IMG/VR virus record: IMGVR_UViG_3300021091_000076
Span: 1-62,146 of that record
Source of the DNA: a virus
Taxonomy: Duplodnaviria; Caudoviricetes
Length of the DNA stretch: 62,146 nucleotides
Strand: one strand, 5' to 3'
Shown: positions 1 to 10,000 of the stretch, one piece after another
Position numbering within the stretch: position 1 is the first letter of the stretch
Layout: each line of letters begins with the position of its first letter
Program-made: the position numbers and the translations under genes
Notes under the pieces: model-generated
Told to the model about the DNA's origin: nothing
The model's input: only the letters and a program-made list of their open reading frames with translations
The model's database searches: none

Positions 1-2
1 AT

Positions 3-143
3 GGTGTAGCAGGTACAGCCGCCATGGTGTGTCCAGGTGTTAGAGATTCTGGACGCAGAGGTGGTCCAGGAGCTATAAGAATCACGTACAGAGGTACGAA
101 CGTCAACGGTGAAGTACCGAGAAAACTAGGAGGTACTTTCTAA
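3..143 (+). CDS. C-terminal fragment of a Cys/Gly-rich protein (5' end outside the window); paralogue of the next two genes
   Basis: Manual translation GVAGTAAMVCPGVRDSGRRGGPGAIRITYRG...GGTF* matches the C-termini CGDVRDHGGRGGNGSVRIRY and CGEHCNFGWRGGYGAVRINF. Its TAA overlaps the next ATG (TAATG). Confidence 0.8.
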   Translation, partial: GVAGTAAMVCPGVRDSGRRGGPGAIRITYRGTNVNGEVPRKLGGTF

Positions 144-1357
144 TGGCATTATTAACACAATTATTAGGAAATAGACAACTGGCATTTGAAGATCAGTTAG
201 AAAAAGGACGTATTTGGGTATTTGGCGACGGTAATGAATATACTGGTTTATGCAATGGTTTCTGTTGGAAACCTCCAGGTTTCGGTATCGCTGTAATAGA
301 AATATACGGGCCAGGTGGTAGCACAGGGCGCGGCTGCTGCTGCGGCGGTGCAGTGCCAGGTAATCCGGGAGCGGTATCTAGAAAATGCATATGTGTTTGT
401 CCAACTAACTATGTCTGCGGTTCTATAGGTAGAGGCTGCGGCGCCACACCAGAATACAATCGAGGTGATGATCCAGAATCTGTAGGTTTGTGCTGGTTCG
501 GTTGTGCTATCCATCCTTTGTTTGAAGGTGGATACAATCCCGCCCAAACACAAAAATCATGGAGAGGAAACAACCCATGGGGCTGGGGCAATGGTGAGCC
601 CATGGGAAGTCAGCCCATGAACGATACTTCAACAGCAGCTAGATTTTTTAATCCTGCAGACACCGGGTGTCTAAGACGTGTATGCTGTACCGCTGGTGCG
701 ACAAGAGGTTGCATGTGTGCGCAAGGAGGCGCCGGAGGCACATTCTACTGTTCAAACGATGCTATGACGTCATACCTATGTTTTGCAAGAAATAGATACT
801 GCGGGCAACTAATAGGTACAGCAGAGATTTGCGGAGCATTAGCCAATGGTACCTGTGGTATTACCTGTAACGTAGGTGCAGAATGTGTTCAATGGAACAT
901 GAGAGGTATAAAGTGTGCATTTGGCGGGGATCTAAACTGCTGTGGGGTATTTTCTTGTACAAGATGGTTAGACTGTGTACGAAATCAAGCCAGCTGTCGT
1001 TGGCAATACCATCAAGCAACACCTCCTTTGAGATATTCCTCAGAAGGAGGAGTTTATACCTACATAGGAGAACACGACAGTCCCAGCTCAAGAGTATCTG
1101 GATCGAATGCACTGACACAGATGGCCGGAATTCAAACCTTAGCGAGAGATCCTTCATACGTTCAACCAGTATGGTGCTGGAGTGGTGGTGTGGGATGCGG
1201 ATGCTACGAAGCGTTTGGTTGCGTAGCTTGGGCCCCGTCAGGTATGGGAGGATATCCTTCTGCGGTCTGCGGCGACGTTCGAGATCATGGAGGGCGAGGC
1301 GGCAACGGTAGTGTGAGGATTAGATACACACCAACAGATGGAGGCTCAGCGTACTAA
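143..1357 (+). CDS. Cys/Gly-rich protein, probably virion-associated
   Basis: 404-aa ORF with about 35 Cys (manual count). Gly-rich motifs IEIYGPGG, PGNPGA, AQGGAGG and GGNGSVRI. Confidence 0.75.
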   Translation: MALLTQLLGNRQLAFEDQLEKGRIWVFGDGNEYTGLCNGFCWKPPGFGIAVIEIYGPGGSTGRGCCCGGAVPGNPGAVSRKCICVCPTNYVCGSIGRGCGATPEYNRGDDPESVGLCWFGCAIHPLFEGGYNPAQTQKSWRGNNPWGWGNGEPMGSQPMNDTSTAARFFNPADTGCLRRVCCTAGATRGCMCAQGGAGGTFYCSNDAMTSYLCFARNRYCGQLIGTAEICGALANGTCGITCNVGAECVQWNMRGIKCAFGGDLNCCGVFSCTRWLDCVRNQASCRWQYHQATPPLRYSSEGGVYTYIGEHDSPSSRVSGSNALTQMAGIQTLARDPSYVQPVWCWSGGVGCGCYEAFGCVAWAPSGMGGYPSAVCGDVRDHGGRGGNGSVRIRYTPTDGGSAY

Positions 1358-1358
1358 A

Positions 1359-2360
1359 ATGGCAACTTTAAGACAATTAGTTGAAAATAAAATAAATCAG
1401 ATAGACACTGATGAGATTAATCTAGAAAAAGGTCAATTATGGACTTATGTTCCGTCTGGTTCTGCTGGTACACAGTTCCATCCCAGCGGTATATTCTGTT
1501 GGCAATCGCCTGGTACAGGACGAGTTATCATAGACATTTGGGGAGCTGGAGGCAGCTCTCCGTCTATTAGATGCTGCGGAGTAGGACTTCCTGGAAATCC
1601 AGGTGCTTGGTCTAGAAAATGTATATGCGTAGTGGCAGGATGCCAGATCTGCGGACAAGTTGGACTCAGCTGCGGTAATCCAGAAACATTCTGTTTCAAA
1701 GGATGTTCCGAACCAACACAAGTTTGCTGGACCGGTAGAAACCCTTACACAGGCGCAGCTACCAATGGTTGTCTGTGTGCTCAGGGAGGTCGAGGAGGCA
1801 CTTCTTATTGTGCTCCAGGGAGTGCAGCAGTACTATGCTGTTATCAAAACGGAGGATTCTGCTTTACTAATCTATCTAACGGTACTTGCGGTATTGTTTG
1901 TAACTTTGGTTCTGGTACTGGATCATGTTGTGCAGAATCGTTTGGCGGCGACATTAATAGGCGCGGCGGATTCAGTTGCGCTACGTTCTACACATGCTAT
2001 AGTAATTGCCCATGTTCAACACAAGCACACGTGGCTATTCCTCCAGGTTTGTTTGCCTGCGATGGCGCTGTTGTTACGCATGGTTTTGAAAGCGATCAAG
2101 ATTTCTCTCAGTGGAACGGATCAGGTTATCACCAGTTTATCTTTATGTTAAACGCGATGAGACGTAGTCCAGCTAGAGGTATTCCGATGGTGGCTTGTTG
2201 GAGCTCAAATAAATCATGCGGATGTTATCAGATGCAGGCATGTATTCCATTTATGCCAACAGGAACAGGTGGAACAATGCCAACACCCTGCGGCGAGCAC
2301 TGTAATTTTGGATGGCGCGGCGGATATGGAGCAGTAAGAATTAATTTTATTCCGAGGTAA
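1359..2360 (+). CDS. Cys/Gly-rich protein, paralogue of 143..1357
   Basis: Shares PGNPGA-SRKCICV, GCxCAQGG, NGTCGI-CN, FGGD-N and CW...CGCY blocks. Start moved to the ATG at 1359, just after the upstream stop. Confidence 0.75.
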   Translation: MATLRQLVENKINQIDTDEINLEKGQLWTYVPSGSAGTQFHPSGIFCWQSPGTGRVIIDIWGAGGSSPSIRCCGVGLPGNPGAWSRKCICVVAGCQICGQVGLSCGNPETFCFKGCSEPTQVCWTGRNPYTGAATNGCLCAQGGRGGTSYCAPGSAAVLCCYQNGGFCFTNLSNGTCGIVCNFGSGTGSCCAESFGGDINRRGGFSCATFYTCYSNCPCSTQAHVAIPPGLFACDGAVVTHGFESDQDFSQWNGSGYHQFIFMLNAMRRSPARGIPMVACWSSNKSCGCYQMQACIPFMPTGTGGTMPTPCGEHCNFGWRGGYGAVRINFIPR

Positions 2361-2362
2361 AA

Positions 2363-3007
2363 ATGATTACAAAAAAATTTACACATCAACTACCAGACGA
2401 ACCGTACAAGCAATCGGCTGGTAAAAATCTCACAGTTGAATGCGAATATCAAGGTCCGCGTTTTCTTTTGGTAAGAATCAAAGAAGAAACTAGATCAGTG
2501 GTTTGCGTAGAAAGATATGGAGATGAAAGAGACCCCTTAGAAGCTAGTATTGTAGATGACGGTAATATTTGGGATTTCGCCATTCTTGACGCTGAACAAA
2601 ATACATGGGAAGCTGCATATCTTACAAGTAGTTACACACACGGAACTGTGGCGGACTACGAAGAATCTTTGCCTACCGGCGAAAAATATTCATTTGTTTA
2701 TCCAGATGGGTCTGGAGTGATCGGATCTTGCCATGCCATAGAAGGATTGAAATACGATAAAAACCTAAAGATTTTTACTCGTCCTAAATTTAATTCTCAT
2801 CCATTAGATTCTGTATCATTTTGGGAAAGTGTTGAACTTCAAAAAATTGAATTTGAAAAAATTCTATCCGGCGATCTATCTAAATACAGCAATGAAGTTA
2901 TTGCTGACATTAGAGCCTACAGTGATTTCTTGAAAACAGCTAAATCTCGTTATCAGAATGTAGATCATTGGAAATTCAGTTGGCCAAAGTTTCCAAATCT
3001 AGCTTAA
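2363..3007 (+). CDS. Hypothetical protein, possibly a fibre-assembly chaperone
   Basis: 214-aa ORF coupled to the Cys-rich genes. The C-terminal WPKFP resembles the ends of tail fibre assembly proteins (weak). Confidence 0.55.
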   Translation: MITKKFTHQLPDEPYKQSAGKNLTVECEYQGPRFLLVRIKEETRSVVCVERYGDERDPLEASIVDDGNIWDFAILDAEQNTWEAAYLTSSYTHGTVADYEESLPTGEKYSFVYPDGSGVIGSCHAIEGLKYDKNLKIFTRPKFNSHPLDSVSFWESVELQKIEFEKILSGDLSKYSNEVIADIRAYSDFLKTAKSRYQNVDHWKFSWPKFPNLA

Positions 3008-3019
3008 TTTAAACTCAGA

Positions 3020-3070
3020 AAAGGCCTTGTGCTTATATCCGTAAGGATATATAATCAACACTAGGCCTTT
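3020..3070 (+). promoter_or_regulatory. sigma70-like promoter embedded in a nested inverted repeat
   Basis: TTGTGC(3027-3032)-17 nt-TATAAT(3050-3055). Inner stem TATATCC-GTAA-GGATATA, outer arms AAAGGCCT/AGGCCTTT. Confidence 0.6.
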
Positions 3071-3085
3071 CTTATTGGAGTTTAA

Positions 3086-4021
3086 ATGACAAGATCAAAA
3101 GCGTTTTTTATAAACGGCGGAGCCGGCAGGATGATTTGTTCTATCCCTGCTTTTGAACTGTATGAAAAAGAATCTGGAGACAAAGATTTTATTATCGTAT
3201 GTGAAGGCGGAACCGACGTTTTTAAAGGACATCCAACTTTAGATTCTAGAACCTATGACATATGGCATAAAAATTTATTTCAAGACAAATTAAAAGATCT
3301 TGAAATAGTGACAACAGAACCTTATAGAATCTGGGAGTATTATAATCAAAAATGTTCAATAGGACAGGCCTTCGACATTCAGATCAATGACAAGGGTATT
3401 AGAACGCTGTCTAAACCATCTCTATATCTTTCCAAAGACGAATTGTTAAATGGCAGATACGTTGTCGGCGAAGTAAAGAAAAAGCTCAAAAAAGATAAAA
3501 TTATAGTTTTTCAACCTTTTGGTCGCGGCATAGAATACATCGATGAAACACTGGTAGATAAGACCGGAAGAAGTTTTGAACTTAAAGATGTAAAACAAAT
3601 CATCAAGAAATTACAAAATGCCGGATTTGCAGTTATCATGATGAGCGAATTTAAAATAGACCTAAGCGATGCGAAATTAAAAGACGAAGTGGCCAGTCCA
3701 GAAAATACTAATATTAGAATATGGTCGGCTATAATCAAATATTGCGATCATTTTTTAGGCTGCGACTCTGTAGGACAACATTTGGCCTACGCTATGGAAA
3801 CTCCATGTACAACTGTAACGGGATCTACTTATCCTATAAATGTAAGTTATCCAGATACACAAGGAGTAGAAGTATTAGATATGGGTGAAATTCATAGAGA
3901 ATTCAGTCCTATAAGAATTACAGTAGACGAACGAGTAGACAGAAAGAATGAAAAATTAATGACTATGAATGAAGATATTACTACATTAATAGTTGATCAT
4001 GTACTAGGGAAAAAAGAATGA
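3086..4021 (+). CDS. GT-B glycosyltransferase, GT9 (heptosyltransferase)-like
   Basis: N-terminal GGAGRMICSIPA, IVFQPFG and the AIIKYCDHFLGCDSVGQHLAYAM motif typical of GT9. GGAG ribosome binding site (RBS). Confidence 0.7.
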   Translation: MTRSKAFFINGGAGRMICSIPAFELYEKESGDKDFIIVCEGGTDVFKGHPTLDSRTYDIWHKNLFQDKLKDLEIVTTEPYRIWEYYNQKCSIGQAFDIQINDKGIRTLSKPSLYLSKDELLNGRYVVGEVKKKLKKDKIIVFQPFGRGIEYIDETLVDKTGRSFELKDVKQIIKKLQNAGFAVIMMSEFKIDLSDAKLKDEVASPENTNIRIWSAIIKYCDHFLGCDSVGQHLAYAMETPCTTVTGSTYPINVSYPDTQGVEVLDMGEIHREFSPIRITVDERVDRKNEKLMTMNEDITTLIVDHVLGKKE

Positions 4022-5847
4022 CAGTTACTTCGATAGCAAATGAAAAAAAACCAGTTTGGATCGCTGGAATCGCGAGAGGACACAATTCCGGTGTTTGCTT
4101 GCTTAAAGACGGCGAAATAGTTTTCAGCATAGAAGAAGAAAGATTAACAAGACAAAAATATGATGGCGGTCCTCTGGCTTCTATGGTCAAGATTTTAGAA
4201 TATACAGATAAACTAGATTATCTCGTGATCGCTCATACCCAAAGTTTACAAGAAACTGCTGGTAAAATTGATTATACCGGAGACGATGTGTATACAGGTA
4301 TGGCAAGGAAATTAGGTTTGATCGATAGAAAGGTAAAAAATCTTCACCGCCATCCCCAAGTTATAGATATGAGCTATATGCATCATAAATTGCATACAGC
4401 CTGCGCATTTTATCGCAGCGGATTTAAAGATGCAGTAGCATTGATTGTAGATGGTGCCGGTACATTTTTTCCTATGGAATATAACGGCAGTCAGATTTGG
4501 TTTTGGGAAACTGAGTCGATCGTTAATTGCGATTACCCTGCAGAATTCAAAACTTTATACAAGCATTACGGTACTAGAGATCCTGTGGCCACCGCTTTCA
4601 TGCCAGAATTTAGTTCGGATCCTTTAGGTGAAACTGGAGAAACACACGAAGCCTGGTTGACTGATCGAGCAGGTATCGTAAAAGTATATGAAGGTGTTAC
4701 AGAATACTGTGGATTTTCTGCTATTGAAGCAGGAAAAACTATGGGATTATTTCCTTACGGAAAACCCAACGATAAGATTCCTCCGTTGTTTGATCCAATA
4801 GGTAAGACTGTTTTATCAAATAGAAATCTAATCATTCCTAAATATCCTATGAGCAGTGTAGTTAATATGAATCTTTTCGATGAATTAGAAAAAAATCCGG
4901 AAAACATCGACGACGATGTTACCTATATGGAGAATCGCAGAGATATGGCCTATGCTGTTCAAACCCAATCTCAGGATCAAGTAGTTAGACTAATCAAATA
5001 CGCTGTTGAAAAAAGCGGCAAAAACAAAGTGGTTATCAGCGGAGGATATGGACTAAATTGTGTAGCTAATTATCATTATCTAGAACAACTGAGAGATAGC
5101 GGAATTGAAATTTACGTAGAACCTATCAGCAACGACGCGGGCACTGCTATGGGAGCCGCTCTGATGTTCTGGCATGGTATGTACAATGACGAAACTATCC
5201 GTCCTTATGGCACACTTTATCTAGGACCGGCTTACTGTTATACTGCCGATGAAATACAGTCAAAAGTATCAAATGTTAAGAACGCTACATTATCTAAGGC
5301 CGATCACAAAGATATCGTAAAATTACTTCGTGGAAAAAATATTGTTACCATCTTTCAAGGTCGGAGTGAAAACGGTCCTAGAGCATTAGGTAATCGTTCA
5401 GTGCTATTTGATCCTACTTTTTCTGACGGTAAAGATTACGTAAACATGGTCAAGCGCAGAGAATATTTCCGCCCATTTGCAGGAAGTATTCTAGAAGATG
5501 ATGTACATGAATGGTTCGATTTGCGTGGTATGAAAAATAGTCCGTTTATGATGTATGCTGTGAATTGTCAGCCCGGTATTGAAGAAAAGATTCCTAGTAT
5601 CATCCACGAAGATCATACCTGTAGAATTCAAACAGTTAATCGTGAGCAAAATCCACATTACTACGACCTAATTAAAACTTTCAAAGAAGAAACAGGAATT
5701 CCTATACTATTTAATACCAGTTTTAATCTAGGAGGAGAACCCTTAGTCGAAACTTTGGATGATGCTATATGGACACTGCAAAATTCAGATATAGAATATC
5801 TGTATCTTCCAGAATACGAAAAATTAATACATATTCCTAATGAATAA
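4018..5847 (+). CDS. Carbamoyltransferase, NodU/CmcH family, full length
   Basis: Motifs EEERLTRQK, HHKLH, VDGAG, SGGYGLNC, PISNDAG, GPRALGNRS, FRPFA and NTSFN. Confidence 0.93.
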   Translation: MTVTSIANEKKPVWIAGIARGHNSGVCLLKDGEIVFSIEEERLTRQKYDGGPLASMVKILEYTDKLDYLVIAHTQSLQETAGKIDYTGDDVYTGMARKLGLIDRKVKNLHRHPQVIDMSYMHHKLHTACAFYRSGFKDAVALIVDGAGTFFPMEYNGSQIWFWETESIVNCDYPAEFKTLYKHYGTRDPVATAFMPEFSSDPLGETGETHEAWLTDRAGIVKVYEGVTEYCGFSAIEAGKTMGLFPYGKPNDKIPPLFDPIGKTVLSNRNLIIPKYPMSSVVNMNLFDELEKNPENIDDDVTYMENRRDMAYAVQTQSQDQVVRLIKYAVEKSGKNKVVISGGYGLNCVANYHYLEQLRDSGIEIYVEPISNDAGTAMGAALMFWHGMYNDETIRPYGTLYLGPAYCYTADEIQSKVSNVKNATLSKADHKDIVKLLRGKNIVTIFQGRSENGPRALGNRSVLFDPTFSDGKDYVNMVKRREYFRPFAGSILEDDVHEWFDLRGMKNSPFMMYAVNCQPGIEEKIPSIIHEDHTCRIQTVNREQNPHYYDLIKTFKEETGIPILFNTSFNLGGEPLVETLDDAIWTLQNSDIEYLYLPEYEKLIHIPNE

Positions 5848-5869
5848 AAAAGCCCGTAAGGGCTTTTTT
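5846..5869. terminator. Intrinsic terminator, symmetric
   Basis: AAAAAAGCCC-GTAA-GGGCTTTTTT. Confidence 0.85.
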
Positions 5870-5878
5870 AATTTCTGC

Positions 5879-5884
5879 TAAATA
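5879..5884 (+). promoter_or_regulatory. Late promoter box TAAATA, 7 nt before ATG 5892
   Basis: TAAATATACTACTATG. The same 16-mer occurs on the minus strand at 16723-16738. Confidence 0.7.
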
Positions 5885-5891
5885 TACTACT

Positions 5892-6329
5892 ATGATGAAT
5901 TTTGCTAAATTTTTCTTTCAAGGCGTGAAAAATACTCTAAGAGTACAAAACGGAGTAAATTTCTCTTATAAAGGCCCTTGGATTTCTGTATTTCAAGACA
6001 CTGTTATCGATGAATGGTATGTGGGCGATTTCATGGCCGCTGAATATACCATAGTTGTAGATGTAGGAAACACCAAAAAAGAAATTATCAAAGCTATGGT
6101 AGTAGCAGGTCCTGAGCAGGCCAATGTTATGATCTATGGAAGAAATAGTCTCAATGAAAGATTAGTAGATTTATCGGCGGTTGTAACTGCTTCTAAGCTT
6201 CAATTAATAGCTAATCCTTCTACTAGTCCTAATGACAGTACCTATGATGATTCTCAACTGTTAGTTGGGTCCAAGGTAATTTTCAGCGCAACTTACTATT
6301 ATACACAGAACGATCTCACTAGTTACTAA
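5892..6329 (+). CDS. Hypothetical virion structural protein
   Basis: 145-aa beta-rich ORF behind a late box, upstream of the fibre gene. Confidence 0.6.
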   Translation: MMNFAKFFFQGVKNTLRVQNGVNFSYKGPWISVFQDTVIDEWYVGDFMAAEYTIVVDVGNTKKEIIKAMVVAGPEQANVMIYGRNSLNERLVDLSAVVTASKLQLIANPSTSPNDSTYDDSQLLVGSKVIFSATYYYTQNDLTSY

Positions 6330-6343
6330 ATTTTTGGCTCGGA

Positions 6344-6349
6344 TAAATA
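6344..6349 (+). promoter_or_regulatory. Late promoter box TAAATA (leadered transcript)
   Basis: Intergenic TAAATA, with a GGAG RBS at 6387-6390 before ATG 6396. Confidence 0.55.
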
Positions 6350-6395
6350 CTAATAGTCTTTGTAGAAGTTGAAGTCGGAGTAACACGGAGATCTT

Positions 6396-7007
6396 ATGTC
6401 AATAAATTACATACCTTTAGAGTCAAAAAGCGGCTTCAAAAGCCCGGGTTTTTCTGTCAACGAAAACGGAGACCTCACAGTAGACGGCTCAGTTTTATTC
6501 AACAGCCAACTTAATGTAGCGCCTAATTTCACAGTCAACGGAATATTAATAATTGACAGTACCGATTCTGTAGTTAGTTTAGGCTCCGACATTAAGCACA
6601 GTAGCTTAACAAAATTAGGAATCTTAGAAAATTTAGCAGTCGATGGAGATTTTACAGTTGCACAAGGCTCAACGCCCTATGTTAATATTGTTAATGGGCA
6701 TGTAGAGATAAACTCAGTAGCAGCAGTTGGATCTATAGACAATATAGATATAGGATTAAAAGATCCAGGTCACGGTAATTTCAAATCTTTAAACGTTGGG
6801 CCAGGTGACAGCACCGGCGAACTCAGTGTTCAAGGTAATGTAACGGTTACTTCTAATATTACTGTCACTGGCGATGTATCTGCCACTGGCGATGTATCTG
6901 CCAGTGACATTTCGTCAACAAATTTACCGACTGCTGCAACACATCTTACCAGAAAAGATTACGTTGACGCAAAGATAGCTGCATTTTCAATTGCTTTTGG
7001 AGCATAA
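6396..7007 (+). CDS. Putative fibre or spike-associated structural protein
   Basis: Beta-helix-like LxVxGD repeats and a C-terminal TRKDYVD motif common in phage fibres. Confidence 0.6.
   Translation: MSINYIPLESKSGFKSPGFSVNENGDLTVDGSVLFNSQLNVAPNFTVNGILIIDSTDSVVSLGSDIKHSSLTKLGILENLAVDGDFTVAQGSTPYVNIVNGHVEINSVAAVGSIDNIDIGLKDPGHGNFKSLNVGPGDSTGELSVQGNVTVTSNITVTGDVSATGDVSASDISSTNLPTAATHLTRKDYVDAKIAAFSIAFGA
6866..6903 (+). repeat. 18-bp in-frame tandem repeat (TGDVSA x2)
   Basis: CACTGGCGATGTATCTGC occurs twice in tandem. Confidence 0.9.
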
Positions 7008-7017
7008 GGATAGATAA

Positions 7018-10000
7018 ATGGCAAAGAAACAGATAAAAAATTATGTATTTGAACCAGGCATTAGCAAGGACAGTAATCTATATCCTAATGCAGTAGCATT
7101 GCTGAGTGCTAATAAAGCATTTTTACAAGCCCAAGTAGTGGCTTTCATTAACAATCAAATCACGAATAATATTTCTCCATATAATGGTTATACATACGCT
7201 CCTGAAAAATGTGTTCGAGACGTAGGATATTTTATTGATGCGGTTATACATGATTTAAGATACGGTGGAAACGTAAAATCTAGAACCGTTGCAGATTATT
7301 TTTGGATCAATGGCGAACCACAAATCAGAGGAGATGTGAGCCCAGAAATTGTTGGTCAACAATATCTAAGAGATTTAATTAACAATTTTATTTTTACCAA
7401 TACTACGGTTACACCCACATACGGTCAGACTGCTGTGTCACAGGTAAAATACACTGGTCAAAACGCAGAAGCAGGAACATCAGCAAGAAACACTACTCTA
7501 TGGGATATCTTTGGCACGGTGATTCAAAACGGTATTCCTGCTATGCCATCAAAGCAGCCTGGAGTATCGTGTGTTAAATTGCAGGGCAAATATGATCCTA
7601 GCGATATTTTATTAATCACTAATACCAATACAGGACAAATTCTATACAATTTTGCTGACTCTAGTAATTCAATAACCATAGAATTAAAAAATGGTAGAAG
7701 CAGCGGCGATGGAAATTTATTAAGCGATTTAGATTTTCCAACATGGTGGCAAAATAATGATTGTATCAGCATAATATCATTATCAACAGATACCAGTGCA
7801 TTATCTACATCTACAGATATACAAATTTTCGTAGAAGAACCCTATCAAACTATTCGCCCGTGGGAATTCGGTACGGATGCGATTGAACGTATGCGTGTTG
7901 CCGCTCCTCAGGCCATGTTAGACGCTGACTTTGAATACGGACTACAGCCCACTAAATGGCAAGCACTGGGATTGATTAGAAGCTATCCTTCTGTGTACGA
8001 AGTGCCTGGAACCGATCTTTCTATCTCTGCCGTAACCACAGATGCATCGACCAACACCGGGGGATTTGGTAGTTCATTGATCACAATAACAACCACTGGA
8101 TCTCATGGATTTTCTGTAGGCACTGCGATCACGATCAAAGGTCTGAATACTGCTGTAAACGGTTTTTCTAGAGCAGAAGGATCTTTTATCATATTCAGTG
8201 TACCTAGCTCAGTTACTTTTACCTATTATAGTTCTGCAAAGGTAGGAACAACATTAGGCGAAAGTTTATTCACTACTTTCGTACAGGCTAGACAAGCTGC
8301 ATTTTTCACGGGATCAGCGATCGGAACGCCTACTTTCTCAGTTTTTTCTAATGGTGCTAATTCTACTGTAATATCAAAATTCGACACACCCAACGGATCT
8401 TTACAGATAGCATTTAACGGAACCTCACCAACTCCCGGCTCCCCAATTTCAGGAAGCCCATTGATCGTTCCAGGTTCGTCTATATCAGGAGTTATTGGAT
8501 CTGGAACTATCACAAGGAACATTGCAGAAACAGTAACGCCCACTGACACAAGTATCGAACTAGTTACTTTAGCAGGAGTACAGCAAGGAATGGCCATAGA
8601 CGATGGCCTTAATAATGCAGTTTTTATCAATAGTATTTCAGGCAATACTCTTTTCCTTTCTAACGCTGTTGGACAATCATATGTAGGAGCCAATGGAACT
8701 AATACTGGGGTATCTGGATCTAATATCAATGGTATAGGTAGCGGAGCTACTTTTACAGTCACGCGATCGGGTGGAAATTACAACGTGATTGATTCTGGAG
8801 ACAGTACCTACAACGGTACAAATTACGCAGTGGGAGATCGAGTAAAAATATTAGGAACAGACTTAGGAGGAACAAGTCCGGCTAATGATGTTACTATTAC
8901 TGTAGATTCTATTGACAGCGGTGGCGCTATACAGACTTTCACAGCCACAGGCACATCTATTTCTGGTGGTGCAGTATATATTAATCAAACACAATCTAGT
9001 ACTACAGGTTCTGGCTCTGGAGCTTCGTTGTCTGTAACAAGAACTGGAGGTACCGGAGCATACTCTATAACATTATTTAATGGTGGTTCGTCTCATAATC
9101 CCGGAGATATAATAACTTTTAATGGTACTTTATTTGGTGGCGATGATGGTGTCAACGACATCGTTATTACCGTAGATGGGGTCTCGTTTGGAACACAGGC
9201 TGTGGTAGATTTTACTATAAATGGCTCACCGGTAGGCGCTACTGGAAATGCTACCTATACTAGTTTGCCTGTCACAAACATAGCTGTAGCAGGTTCAGGT
9301 GCAACATTTACAATAGTAAGAAGCGGTGGATCTTATTCTGCTACTGTAGGTGTAGGCAACGGCGGAATTGATTATCTTGTAGGTAATAGAATATTAATTC
9401 TAGGAACATCATTGAATGGCACTAGTCCTTCTAATGATTGCACAGTCACGGTAACCGCAGCTAGCTCAGGATCTATCTTAACAGCTACAGCTACAGGAAC
9501 ACCGTTCGAAGGAAATACCATAATAGTTTATCCTACCATGTCCATCAGCGATGCTATTACCGGAGAAATTCCAGACGGTACTACTCTTAATGTAGGTGCT
9601 ATTGCCACTATACAAGTAGATTTCGCCAGTGCTCATGGATTGATTCCGGGAACTACAGTATTATCTAATGTAACCTCAACACCGGCGCCCGACTTCAGCT
9701 CTACAAATAGAATACTTGGTAGTTCGGGTACATGGGTAGGTACTGCTTTTAATGCAGGAGTCTTTGTAGCTATAAGAACAGGTAGCTCTGCTACTAATAA
9801 ATCTATAGACGGACAAACATGGACCGCTGGAGGATTAATGCCTTCAGCAGCAAACTGGGTAGCTGTGGCCGGAGGAACGATAGGTGCTGTCAATTACTTT
9901 ATGGCAATCGCCACAGGCAGCAATGCTTCTTGTTGGTCGAATGATGGCGGAAACACATGGACTGCTGCTACTTTGCCTTCAAGCGCCGCATGGTCAGCTA

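Noticed and set aside
3-2360. Diversity-generating retroelement template/variable repeat pair among the Cys-rich paralogues
   Set aside because: Similarity is mostly at protein level. I saw no near-identical repeat with adenine-only mismatches and no reverse transcriptase in the window.
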